In this document: positions 13,141-27,819 of the stretch, piece by piece
Layout of the letters: each line of letters begins with the position of its first letter
Position numbering within the stretch: position 1 is the stretch's first letter
Source: the human T2T-CHM13v2.0 reference genome, Homo sapiens
DNA length: 64,000 nucleotides
Strand: one strand, 5' to 3'
NCBI RefSeq assembly: GCF_009914755.1
Contig: NC_060929.1
Position numbers and translations under genes: made by a program
Notes under the pieces: model-generated
The model's input: only the letters and a program-made list of their open reading frames with translations
Databases searched by the model: none
Told to the model about the DNA's origin: nothing

Positions 13141-14259
13141 CATTCCATTCGGGTTGGTTCCATTTCATTCCATTCCGTTCCATTCCATTCCATTCCATTC
13201 CATAGCACTCGGGTTGATTCCATTCCATTCCATTCCACTCCATTCCATTCCATTCCATTCCACTCCATTCTATTCGGGATGATTCCATTCCATTCCATTC
13301 TATTCCATTCCATTCCATTCCATCCATTCCATTCCATTCCACTCGGGATGATTCCATTCCATTCCATTCCATTCCATTCCATTCCATTCCATTCCATTCC
13401 ATTGCATTCCATTACATTCCCTTACACTCGGATTTATTCCATTCCATTCCATTCAATTACATTCCCTTACACTCGGATTTATTCCATTCCATTCCATTCC
13501 ATTCCATTCCACTCTGGTTGATTCCATTCCATTCCATTCCATTCCACTCCAATCCTTTCCATTCCATTTCAGTCGGGTTGAATCCATTCCATTCCATTTC
13601 GTTCCATTCCATTCTATTCCGTACAATTCCATTCCATTCCATTGCTTTCTATTCCATGCCATTCCACTCGGGTTGATTCCATTTCATTCCATTCTATTCG
13701 GGTTGATTCCCTTCCATTCCATTCCATTCCATTCCATTCCATTCCATCCATTCCATTTCATTCCTTTGCACTCGAGTTGATTCCATTCCATTCCATTCCA
13801 TTCCATTCCTTTCCATTCCATTCCATTCCATTCCTTTCCATTCCATTCCACTCGGGTTGATTCCATTCTATTCCTTTCCATTTTATTCCATTCTGTTCCA
13901 TTCCACTCGGGGTGATCCCATTCCTTTCCATTCCACTCGAATACATTCCCTTCTATTCCACTCAGAATGATTCCATTCCATTCCATTTCATTCCATTTTG
14001 TTCCATTCCATTCTATTCCGTACCATTCCATTCCATTCCATTCCATGCCATTCCACTTGGTTTGATTCCATTCCTTTCCATTCCATTCGAGTTGAATCCA
14101 TTCCATTCCATTCCATTCCATTCCATTCCATTCCGTTCCATTGCACTCGGGTTGATTCCATTCCATTCCATTCCATGCCATTTCATTCCTTTCCATTCCA
14201 TTCCCCTCGGGTTGATTCCATTCCATTGAATTCCATTCCATTCCATTAAATTCCATTCC

Positions 14260-16625
14260 ATTCCTTTCCATTCCATGCCATTCCACTCCGGTTGATTCCT
14301 TTTCATTCCATTCTCTTCGGGTTGATTCCATTCCATTCCATTCCATTGCACTCGAGTTGATTCCATTCCATTCCATTCCATTCCATTCCATTCCATTCCA
14401 TTCCATTCCATTCCATTCCTTTCCATTCCATTCCACTCGGGTTGATTCCATTCCATTCAATTCCATTCCATTCCATTCAATTCCATTCCATTCCATTTAA
14501 TTTCATTCCATTCCATTCCATTCTGGTCGCTTCCATTCCATTCAATTCCATTCCATTCCACTCGGGTTGAATCCACTCCATTCCATTTCAATATATTCCA
14601 TTCCAGTAAATTCCATTCCATTCCAATCCATTCCATTCCATTCCACTCTGGTAGATTCCATTCCATTCCATTCCATTCTCTTCCATTCCATTTTATTCCA
14701 TTCCATTAAATTGCATTTCATTCCATTGCACTCCATTCGAATCCAATCCATTCCATTCCATTCGGGTAAATTCCATTCCATTCCATTCCATTCCATTCCA
14801 TTCTATTCCATTCCATACGGGTAGATTCCATTCCATTCCATTCCATGGAATTCCATGGGTTGATTCTATTCAATTCCTCTACAATGCATTCCATTCCATT
14901 CCATTCCACTCGTGTTGATTCCATTCCTTTCCATTCCACTAGATTACATTCCATTCCATTCCAATCGGAATGATACCATTCCATTCCATTGCATTCCATT
15001 CCATTCCATTCCTTTCCAATCCATTCAGTTGCATTCCATTCCATTCCATTCCTTTCCAATCCATTCAGTTGCATTCCATTCCATTCCATTCCATTCCATT
15101 CCATTCCATTCCATTCCATTCCACTCGTGTTGTTTCTATTCCATTCCTTTCCATTCCATTCCATTCCACGTGATTTGATTCCATTCCATTCTATTCTGTT
15201 TCATTGCATTCCACGCTATACGATTCCATTCCATTCCATTCCATTCGGGTACATTCCATTCCATTCCATTCTATTCCCTTCCACACAATTCCATTCCATT
15301 CCATTCCATTCCATTCCATTCCATTCCAATCTCGTTGAATCAATTCCTTTCCATTTCGTTTCATTCCATTCTATGTCATTCCATTCCCTTCCATTCCATT
15401 CCATTCCATGCCATTCCACTCGGGTTGATTCCATTCCTTTCCATTCCGTTCCATTTCATTCCATTCCATTCCACAGGAGTTGATTCCATTCCGTTCCAAT
15501 CTATTACATTCCACTCCACTCCATTTGATTCGAATCCATTCCATTCCATTCCATTCCATTCCATTCCATTCCATTCCATTCCATTCCATTGCACTCGGGT
15601 TGATTCCCTTCCATTCCATTCCATACCACTCCATTCCATACGTGATGATTCCATTCCATTCCATTCCATTCCATTCCATTCCATTCCATTCCATTCCACT
15701 CGGGTTGATTCCATTCCATTCGTTTCCATTCCATTCCATTCCTTTCCATTCCACGTGAGGTGATTCCATTCCTTTCCATTCCACTCGATTACATTCCCTT
15801 CCATTCCACTCGGAATGATTCCATTCCATTACATTGCATTCCATTCCAATAAATTCCATTCCATTCCATTTCACTCGAGTTGATTCCATTCCATTCCATT
15901 CCATTGCATTCCATTCCATTCCATTCCATTCCATTCCATTCCATTCCATTCCATTCCATTCCATTCGGGTTGAATCTATTCAATTCCTTTACACTCCATT
16001 CCATTCCATTCCATTCCATTCCATTCCACACAATTCCATTCCATTACATTCCATTCCAATTAGGTTGAATCCATTCTGTTCCATTTCATTCCATTCCATT
16101 CTGTTTTGTACCATTCCTTTCCATTCCATTCCATTCCGTTCCATGACATTTTACTCGGGTTGATTCCTTTCCATTCCATTCCATTCGGGTTGATTCCATT
16201 CCATTCCATTCCATTCCATTCCATTCCATTCCATTCCATTCTATTCAATTCCACTCCATTCCATTCGGGATGATTCCATTCCATTCCATTGTATTCCATT
16301 CCATTCCATTCCATCCATTCCATTCCATTCCACTCGGGATGATTCCATTCCATTCCATTCCATTCCATTCCCTTACACTCAGATTTATTCCATTCCATTC
16401 CATTCCATTCCATTCCATTCCATTCCATTCCACTCTGGTTGATTCCATTCCATTCCATTCCATTCCATTCCAATCCACACAATTCCATTCCATTACATTC
16501 CATTCCAATTAGGTTGAATCCATTCCGTTCCATTACGTTCCATTCCATTCTGTTTTGTACCTTGCCTTTCCATTCCATTCCATTCCGTTCCATGCCATTT
16601 TACTCGGGTTGATTCCTTTCCATTC
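14260..16625 (+). repeat. Copy 2 of the 4.66 kb-offset duplication (short form, lacks the equivalent of ~10521-11820)
   Basis: Same markers as copy 1. The offset falls from ~4660 to ~3400-3480 across the CCACGCTATACGATT module at ~15170-15300. Confidence 0.86.
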
Positions 16626-19600
16626 CATTCCATACCATTCTGTTGCACTCGAGTTGATTCCATTCCATTCCATTCCATTCCATTCCATTCCATTCCATTC
16701 CATTCCATTCCTTTCCATTCCATTCCACTCAGGTTGATTCCATTCTATTACTTTCCATTCCATTCCATTTCCTTCCATTCCACTCGGGTTGATTACATTC
16801 CTTTCCATTCCACTCGAATGCATTCCCTTCTATTCCGCTCAGAATGATTCCATTCCTTTCCATTCCATTCCATTGCATTCCATTTCGTTCCATTCCATTC
16901 TATTCCGTAAGATTCCATTCCCTTCCATTCCATTCCATGCCATTCCACTCGAGTTGATTCCTTTCCTTTCCATTCCATTCGGGTTGAATCCATTCCATTC
17001 CATTCCATTCAATTCGATTCCATTCCATTGCACTCGGGTTGATTCCCTCCCATTCCATTCCATTCCATTTCATTCCATTCCACTCCATTCCATTCGGGAT
17101 GATGCCATTCCATTCCATTCCATTCCATTCCATTCCATTCCATTCCACTCTCTTTGATTCAGTTGCATTCCATTGTATTCCACGCGATTTGATTCCATTC
17201 CATTCTATTACGTTTCATTCCATGCCACGCCATACGATTCCATTCCATTCCATTCCATTCCATTCCATTCCATTCCATTCCATTGTGGTAGATTCCATTC
17301 CATTCCATTCCATTCCATTCCATTCCATTCCATTCCATTCCATTCCATTCCATTGCACTCGGGTTGATTCCAATTCATTCCATTCCATTCCATTCCATTC
17401 CATTCCATTCTATTCCATTCCATGCTTTAAATGCCATTCCATTTCATTCCATTCTGGTTGATTCTTTTAAATCCTTTACACTCCATTCCATTCCATTCCA
17501 TTCCATTCCATTCCACACAATTCCATTCTGTACCATTCCATTCCTTTCCATTCCATGCAATTCCACTCGGGGTGATTCCATTTCATTCCATTCTATTCGG
17601 GTTGATTGCATTCCATTCCATTCCATTCCATTCCATTCCATTCCATTCCATTCGTTTACACTCGAGTTGATTCCATTCCATTCCATTCCATTCCATTCCA
17701 TTCCATTCCATTCCATTGCACTAGAGTTGATTCCATTCCATTCCATTCCATTCAATTCCTTTCCATCCCATTCCACTCGGGTTGATTCCATTCTATTCTT
17801 TTCCATTCCATTCCATTCCCTTCCATTCCACTCGGGTTTATTCCATTCCTTTCCATTCCACTCGAATACATTCCCTTCTATTCCACTGGGAATGATTCCA
17901 CTCCATTCTATTCCATTCCATTCCATTCCATTCAAATTCATTTCGTTGCATTCCATTCTATTCCGTTCCATTCCTTTCCATTCCATTCCATTCCATGCCA
18001 TTCCAGTCGGGTTGATTCCATTCCTTTCCATTCCATTCGGATTGAATCCATTCAATTCCATTCCATTCCATTCCATTCCATTCCATTCCATTGCACTCGG
18101 GTTCATTCCATTCCATGCCATTCCATTCCACTCCATTCCATTCCATTCCACTCCATTCCATTCGGGATGATTCCATTCCATGCCATTCCATTCCATTCCA
18201 TTCCATTCCATTCCATTCCACTCCATTCCATTCCATTCCACTCTGTTTGATTCAGTTGCATTCCATTCCATTCCACGCGATTTGATTCCATTCCATTCTA
18301 TTCCGTTTCATTCCATTCCACGCCATAGGATTCCATTCCATTCCATTCCACTCCATTCGGGTACATTCCATTCCATTCCATTCCATTCCATTCCATTCTG
18401 GTAGATTCCTTTCCATTCCATTCCATTCCATTCCATTCCATTCCATTCCACTCTGGTTGATTCCGATTCATGCCATTCCATTCCATTCCATTCCATTCCA
18501 TTCCATTCCGTTCCGTTCCGTTCCGTTCCATTCCATTCCATTCCTTTCCATTCCATTCCATTCCATTCCATTAGGGTGGATTCTATTCAGTTCCTTTACA
18601 CACCATTCCATTCCATTCCATTCCACAATTCCATTCCGTACCATTCCATTCCATTCCATTCCTTTCGATTCCATGCCATTCCACTCGGGTTGATTCCATT
18701 TCATTCCATTTTATTCGGGTTGATTCCATTCCATTCCATTCCATTCCATTCCATTGCATTCCATTTCACTCGAGTTGATTCCATTCCACTCCATTCCATT
18801 CCATTCAATTCCATTCCATTCCATTCCACACAATCCCATTCCGTACCATTCCATTCCATTCCATTCCATTCCATTCCATTCCATTCCATTCCATTGCATT
18901 CCATTGCACTTGAGTTGATTCCTTTCCATTCCATTTCATTCCATTCTATTCGGGTTGATTCCATTCCATTCCATTCAATTCCATTCCATTCCATTCCATT
19001 GCATTCCAGACAATTCCATTCCGTACCATTCCATTCCATTCCAATCCATTTCATTCTATTGCACTCAGGTTGATTCCATTCCATTCCATTCCATTCCATT
19101 CCTTTCCATTCCATTCCACTCGGGTTGATTCCATTCTATTCTTTTCCAATCCATTCTATTCCCTTCCATTCCACTCGGGTTGATTCTATTCCTTTCCATT
19201 CCACTCGAATACATTCCCTTCTATACCACTCGGAATGATTCCACTCCATTCCATTCCATTCCATTCTATTCCATTTCATTTCGTTCTATTCCATTCTATT
19301 CCGTACCATTCCATTGAATTCCATTCCATTCCATTACATTCCATTCCATGCCATTCCACTCGGGTTGATTCCATTCCTTTCCATTCCATTCTGATTGAAT
19401 CCATTCCATTGCATTCCTTTCCATTCGATTCCATTCCATTGCACTCGGGTTCATTCCATTGCATTCCATTCCATTCTACTGCATTCCATTCCTTTCCACT
19501 CCATTCCATTCGTGATGATTCCATTCCATTCCATTCCATTCCATTCCATTCCATCCCATTCCATTCTATTCCACTCTGTTTGATTCTGTTCCATTCCATT

Positions 19601-20199
19601 CTATTCCACGCGATTTGATTCCATTCCATTCTATACTGTTTCATTCCATTCCATGCCATACGATTCCATTGTATTCCATTCCATTCGGGTACATTCCATT
19701 CCATTCCATTCCATTCCATTGCACTCGAGTTGATTCCATTCCATTCCATTCCATTCCGTTCCATTCCATTCCATTGCATTCCATTGCATTCTAGTAGATT
19801 CCATTCCATTCCATTCCATTCCATTCCATTCCATTCCATTGCACTCGGGTTTATTCCATTCCTTTCCATTCCACTCGATTACATTCCCTTCCATTCCACT
19901 CGGAATGATTCCATTCCATTCCATTCCATTCCATTCCACTCTTTGTGATTCAGTTCCATTCCATTGCATTCCACGCATGTTGATTCCATTCCATTCTATT
20001 CCGTTTCATTCCACTCCACTCCATTCGATTCCATTCCATTCCATTCCATTCCATTCTGTTAGATTCTATTCCATTCCACTCCATTCCATTACATTCTGTT
20101 AGGTTCCATTCCATTCCATTCCACTCCATTGCACTCACGTTGAATCCGATCCATTCCATTCCATTCCATTCCATTCTATTCCATTCCATTCCATTCAAT

Positions 20200-21430
20200 T
20201 CCACTCCATTCCATTCGGGATGATTCCATTCCATTCCATTCTATTCCATTCCATTCCATTCCATCCATTCCATTCCATTCCACTCGGGATGATTCCATTC
20301 CATTCCATTCCATTCCATTCCATTCCACTCTGGTTGATTCCATTCCATTCCATTCCATTTCAATCGGGTTGTATCCATTCCATTCCATTTCGTTCCATTC
20401 CATTCTATTCCGTACAATTCCATTCCTTTCCATTGCTTTCTATTCCATGCCATTCCACTCGGGTTGATTCCATTTCATTCCATTCTATTCGAGTTGATTC
20501 CATTCCATTCCATTCCATTCCATTCCATTCCATTCCATTCCATTCCTTTCCATTCCATTCCATTCCACTCGGTTTGATTCCATTCTATTCCTTTCCATTT
20601 TATTCCATTCCCTTCCATTCCACTCGTGTGGATCCCATTCCTTTCCATTCCACTCGAATACATTCCCTTCTATTCCCCTCAGAATGATTCCATTCCATTC
20701 CATTTCATTCCATTTTGTTCCATTCCATTCTACTCCGTACTATTGCATTCCTTTCCATTCCATGCCATTCCACTTTGTTTGATTCCATTCCTTTCCATTA
20801 AATTCGGGTTGAATCCATTTCATTCCATTCCATTCCATTCCATTCCATTGCACTCGGGTTGATTCCATTCCATTCCATTGCATGCCATTTCATTCCTTTC
20901 CATTCCATTCCACTCGGGTTGATTCCATTCCATTCATTTCCATTCCATTCCATTTAATTTCATTCCACTCCATTCCATTCTGGTCGCTTCCATTCCATGC
21001 AATTCCATCCCATTCCTCTCGAGTTGAATCCACTCCATTCCATTTCAATATATTCCATTCAAGTAAATTCCATTCCACTCCAATCCATTCCATTACATTC
21101 CACTCGGGTTGATTCCATTCCATTCCATTCCATTCTGTTCCATTCCATACGGGAAGATTCCATTCCAATCCATTCCATTCCTTTCAATTGCATTCCATTC
21201 CATTCGGGTAGATTCCATTCCATTCGGGTAGATGCCATTCCATTCCATTGCATGGAATTCCATGGGTTGATTCTATTCAATTCCTTTACACTGCATTCCA
21301 TTCCATTCCATTCCACTCGTGTTGATTCCATTCCTTTCCATTCCACTCGATTACATTCCCTTCCATTCCACTCGGAATGATACCATTCCATTCCATTCCA
21401 TTCCATTCAGTTGCATTCCATTCCGTTCCA
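20200..21430 (+). repeat. More diverged paralog of ~13270-15000
   Basis: Shares the CCATCCATT 1-nt deletion, GTACAATT...TTGCTTTCTATT, GATCCCATT, CTGGTCGC, TTTCAATATATT, AGTAAATT, CATGGAATTCCATGGG and GGAATGATACC, in the same order. Confidence 0.8.
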
Positions 21431-24400
21431 TTCTCGTTGACTCTATTCAATTCCTTTACACTCCATTCCATTCTATTCCATTCCAAACAATTGCATTCCA
21501 CTCCATTCCATTCCATTCCAATCGGGTTGAATCCATTCCATTCCAATCCATTCCAATCGGGTTGAATCCATTCCATTCCATTCCATTCTATTCCTTACCA
21601 TTCCATTCCATTCCATTCCATTCCTTTCCATTCCATTACACTTGGGTTGTTTCCATTCCATTCCGTTCCATTCCATTCCATTCCCTTCCATTCCACTCCG
21701 GTTTATTGCATTCCTTTCCATTCCACTCGATTACATTGCCCTCCATACCACTCCGGTTGATTCCATTCCACTCGTTTCCATTTCATTCCATTCCCTTCTA
21801 TTCCACTCGGGTTGATTCCATTAGTTTCCTATCCACTCGATTACATTCCCTTCCATTCCACTCGGAAAGATTCCATTCCATTCCATTCCAATCCATTTCA
21901 TTCCATTCCATTCCTTTCCAATCCATTTCATTCCATTGCATTCCATTCCAATCCATTCCATTCCATTCCATTCCAGTCGAGTTGATTCCATTCCATTCCA
22001 TTCCATTCCATTCCATGCCATTCCGTTGCATTCCATTCGATTCCATTCCATTCCATTCCACTCGGGTTGATTCCATTCCATTACTTTCCATTCCATTCCA
22101 TTCCATTCCCTTCCATTCCACTCGGGTTGATTCCTTTCCTTTCCCTTCCATTCTATTCCCTTCCATTCCACTCTGGTTGATTCCATTCCTTTCCATTCCA
22201 CTCGATTACCTTCCCTTCCATTCCACTCAGAATGATTCCATTCCATTCCATTAAATTCCTTTGCATTTCATTCCATTCCATTCCATTCCATTCCATTCCA
22301 TTCCACTCGAGTTGATTCCATTCCATTCCATTCCATTCCATTCCATTCCATTCTATTCCATTCCATTCCACTCCATTCCATTCGGGATGATTCCATTCCA
22401 TTCCATTCCATTCCATTCCATTCCATTCCATTCCACTCGGGTTGATTCCATTCCATTACTTTCCATTCCATTCCATTCCCTTCCATTCCTCTCGGGTTGA
22501 TTCCATTCCTTTCCATTCCATTCAATTCCCTTCCATTCCACTCGGAATGATTCCATTCCATCCCATTGCATTCCATTCCAATCCATTCCATTCCATTCCA
22601 TTCCAATCGAGTTGATTCCATTCCATTCCATTGCATTCCATTGCTTTCCATTCTATTCCATTCCATTCCATTCAGGTTGATTCTATTCAATTCCTTTACA
22701 CTCAATTCCATTCCATTCCATTCCACACAATTCCATTCCATTCCATTCCATTCCATTCCATTTCAATTGGGTTGAATCCATTTCATGCCATTTCGTTCCA
22801 TTCCATTCTATTCCGTAACATTCCATTCCATCCCATTCCTTTCCATTCCATGCCATTCCACTCGGGTTGATTTCATTTCATTCTATTCCATTCTGATATA
22901 TTCCATTCCATTCCATTCCATTCCATTCCATTCCATTCCATTCCATTGCACTCGAGTGGATTCCATTCCTTTGCATTCCATTATATTCCATTGCATTCCA
23001 TTCCATTCCTTTCCATTCCATTCCATTCCATTCCATTCCATTCCATTCCATTCCATTCCATTCCATTGCATTCCATTCCAATCCATTCCACTCATTTCCA
23101 CTCGAATTGATTCCATTCCATTCCATTCCATTCCATTCTATTCCTTTCCATTCTATTCCTTTCCATTCTTCTCCTTTCCATTCGGGATGATTCTATTCAA
23201 TTCCTTTACAATCCATTCCATTCCACACAATTCCATTCCATTCCATTCCATTCCATTCCATTCCATTCCATTAAATGTGGGTTGAATCTATTCCATTCCA
23301 TGTCGTCCCATTCCATTCTATTCCGTACCATTCCATTCCATTCCATTCCATTCCATTCCATTCCATTCCATTCCCTTCCTTTCCACTCGGGTTGATTCCA
23401 TTCCTTTCCTTTCCACTCGATTACATTCCCTTCCATTCCACTCGGAATGATTCCATTACATTCCATTGCATTCCAATCCAATGCATTCCATTCCATTCCA
23501 TTCAACTCGAATTGATTCAATTCCATTCCATTCCATTCCATTCCATTCCATTCCATTCCATTCCATTCTGTTCCATTCCATTCCGTTTTGTACCATTCCT
23601 TTCCATTCCATTCCATTCCATTCCATGCCATTTTACTCGGGTTGATTCCTTTCCATTCCATTCCATTCGGGTTGATTCCATTCCATTCCATTCCATTCCA
23701 TAGCACACGGGTTGATTCCATTCCATTCCATTCCATTCTATTCCATTCCATTCCATTCCACTCCATTCCATTCGGGATGATTCCATTCCATTCCATTCTA
23801 TTCCATTCCATTCCATTCCATGCCATTCCACTCGGGTTGATTCCATTCCTTTCCAATCCATTCGGGTTGAATCCATACCATTCCATTCCATTCCATTCCA
23901 TTCCATTCCATTGCATTGCACTCTTGTTAATTCCATTCCATTCCATTCCATTCCATTCCATTCCATTCCATTCCATTCCATTCCATTCCATTCCACTTCT
24001 TTCCATTCGGGAAGATTCCATTCCATTCCATTCCATTCCACTCTGTTTGATTCAGTTCCATTCCATTCCATTCCACGCGATTTGATTCCATTCCATTCTA
24101 TTCCCTTTCATTCCATTCCACGCCATACGATTCCATTCCATTCCATTCCATTAGGGTAAATTCCATTCCATTCCATTCCATTCCATTTCGGTAGATTCCA
24201 TTCCATTCCATTCCATTCCATTCCATTCCACTCGTGTTGATTCCGTTCCGTTCCATTCCATTCCATTCCATTCCTTTCCATTCCATTCCACTCGGGATGA
24301 TTCCATTCCATTCCTTTGTATTCCATTCCTTTCCAATTCGGTTGAATCCATTCCATTCCATTTCGTTCTATTCCGTTCTATTCCGTACCATTCCATGCCA

Positions 24401-27400
24401 TTCCATTCCATTCCATTCCATTCCATTCCATTCCATTCCATTCCATTCCATGCCATTCCACTCGGTTTGATTCCTTTCCATTCCATTCCATTCGGGTTCA
24501 TTATATTCTATTCCATTCCATTCCATTCCATTCCATTGCACTCGGGTTGATTCCATTCCATTCCATTCCATTCCATTCCATTCCATTCCATTCCATTCTA
24601 TTCCACTGCATTCCATTCGGGATGATTCCATTCCATTCCATTCCTTTCCATTCCATGCCATTCCATTCCACTCGGGTTGATTCCATTCTGTTCCTTTCCA
24701 TTCAATTCCAATCCCTTCCATTCCACTCTGGATGATTCCATTCCTTTCCATTCCACTCGATTACATTCCCTTCTATTCCACTCGGAATGATTCCCTTCCT
24801 TTCCATTCCATTCCATTCCATTCCATTCGGGTTGATTCTATTCAATTCCTTTACACTCCATTCCATTCCATTCCATTCCAGACAATTCCATTCCATTCCA
24901 ATTGGGTTGAATCCATGTCATTCCATTTCGTTCCATTCCATTCTATTCTGTACCATTCCATTCCATTCCATTCCTTTCCATTTTATGCCATTCCACTCGT
25001 TTTCATTCCATTTCATTCCATTCCATTCGAGTTGATTCCATTCCATTCCATTCCATTCCATTCCACTCCATTCCATTCGGGATGATTCCATTCCATTCCA
25101 TTCCATTCCATTCCATTCCATTCCATTCCATTCCACTCTGTTTGATTCATTTCCATTCCATTCCCTTCCATGCGATTTGATTCCATTCCATTCTATTCAG
25201 TATCATTCCATTCCACGCCATACGATTCCATTCCATTCCATTCCATTCGGGTACATTCCATTCCATTCCATTCCATTCCATTCTTATAGATTCCATTCCA
25301 TTCCATTCCATTCCATTCCATTCCATTCCATTCCATTCCATTCCATTCCATTCCATTCTGGTAGATTCCATTCCATTCCATTCCATTCCATTCCATTCCA
25401 TTGCACTCGGGTTGATTCCATTCCTTTCCATTCCACTCGATTACATTCCCTTCCATTGCACTCGGAATGATTCCGTTCCATTGCATTCCATTCCATTGCA
25501 TTCTATTCCAATCCATTCCATTGTATTCCATTACACCCGAGATGATTCCATTCCATTCCATTCCATTCCATTCCATTCCATTCCATTCTATGCCACTCTA
25601 CTCGGGTTCATTCCGTTCCTTTCCATTCCAATCGGGTTGAATCCATTCCATTCCATTCCATTCCATTCCATTGCATTTCATTGCACTCGTGTTCATTCCA
25701 TTGCATTCCATTCTATTCCATTCCATTCCATTGCATTCCATTGCACTCGAGTTGATTCCATTCCTTTCCATTCCACTCGATTACATTCCCTTCCATTCCA
25801 CTCGGAATGAATCCATTCCATTCCATTCCATTCCATTCCATTGCATTCCATTCCAATCCATTCCATTCCATTCCATTCCATTCCAATTGGTTTGAATCCA
25901 TTCCATTCCATTTCGTTCCATTCCATTCTATTCCATTCCATTCCATTCCATTCGGGTTTATTCTATTCAATTCCTTTACACTCCGTTCCATTCCACACAA
26001 TTCCATTCCATTCCATTCCATTTCAAGTGGGTTGAATCCATTACATTCCTTTTCCTTCCATTCTATTCCATTGCATTCCATTGCATGCCATTCCAATCGG
26101 GTTGATTCCTTTCCATTCCATTACATTTGGGTTGATTAAATTCCATTCCATGCAATTCCATTCCATTCCATTCCATTCCATTCCACTCCATTCCATTCGG
26201 GATGATTCTATTGCATTCCATTCCATTCCATTCCATTCCATTCCACTCGGGTTGATTCCATTCCATTCCTTTCCATTCCATTCCATTCCCTTCCATTCCA
26301 GTCTGGTTGATTCCATTCCTTTCCATTCCACTGGATTACATTCCCTTCCATTCCACTCGGAATGATTCCATTCCATTCAATTGCATTCCATTCCAATCCA
26401 TTCCATTCCATTCCATTCCACTAGGGTTGATTCCATTCCATTCCATTCCATTCCATTCCATTCCATTCCATTCCTTTCCATTCCATTTCTTTCCATTCTC
26501 TTCGGGTTGATTCCTTTCCATTCCATTCCATTCCATTCCATTCCATTCCATTCCATTGCACTCGAGTTGATTCCATTCCATTCCATTCCATTTCATTCCA
26601 TTCCATTCCATTCCATTCCTTTCCATTCCATTCCATTCCACTCGGGTTGATTCCATTCTATTCATTTCAATTCCATTCCATTCCCTTCCATTCCACTCGG
26701 GTTGATTCCATTCCTTTCCATTCCACTCGAATACATTCCCTTCTATTCCACTCTGAATGATTCCATTCCATTCCATTCCATTCCATTTTGTTCCATTCCA
26801 TTCTATTCCGTACCATTCCATTCCATTCCATTCCATTCCTTTCCATTCCATGCCATTCCTCTCGGGTTGAATCCATTTCATTCCATTCTATTCTGGTTGA
26901 TTCCATTCCATTCCATTCCATTCCATTGCATTCCATTGCACTCGAGTTGATTCCGTTCCATTCCATTCCATTCCATTCCATTTCATTTCGTTCCATTCCA
27001 TTCTATTCCGTACCATTCCATTCCATTCCATTCCATTCCATTCCATTCCATTCCATGCCATTCCACTTGGGTTGATTCCATTCCTTTCCATTCCATTTGG
27101 ATTGAATCCTTTCCATTCCATTCCATTCCATTCCATTCCATTCCATTGCACTCGGGTTCATTCCATTCCATTCCATTCCATTCCACTCCATTACATTCCA
27201 TTCCACTCCATTCCATTAGGGATGATTCCATTCCTTTCCATTCAATTCCATTCCATTCCACTCTGGTTGATGCAGTTGCATTCCGTTCCATTCCCCGCAA
27301 TTTGGTTCCATTCCATTCTATTCCGTTTCATTCCATTCCACGCCATACGATTCCATTCCATTCCATTCTATTCGGGTACATTCCATTCCATTCCATTCCA

Positions 27401-27819
27401 TTCCATTCCATTCCATTCTGGTAGATTCCATTCCATTCCATTCCATTCCATTCCATTGCACTTGGGTTGATTCCAATTCATTCCATTCCATTCCTTTCCA
27501 TTCCATTCCATTCCATTCCATTCCATTCCATTCCATTCCACTCTCTTTGTTTCAGTTGCATTCCATTCCATTACACGCGATTTGATTCCATTCCATTCTA
27601 TTCCGTTTCATTCCATTCCACGCCATACGATTCCATTCCATTCCACACCATTTGGGTACATTCCATTCCATTCCATTCCTTTCCATTCCATTCCATTGCA
27701 CTCGGGTAGATTCCATTTCATTCCCTTCCATTCCATTCCATTCCATTCCATTCCATTCCATTCCATTCCGTTCCGTTCCATTCCATTCCACTCCTTTCCA
27801 TTCCATTCCATTCCATTAC

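Noticed and set aside
17421-17480. AT-rich CATGCTTTAAATGCC / TTCTTTTAAATCC words as a TATA-like promoter
   Set aside because: They align to degenerate standard modules with two 1-nt deletions, and nothing else supports a promoter.
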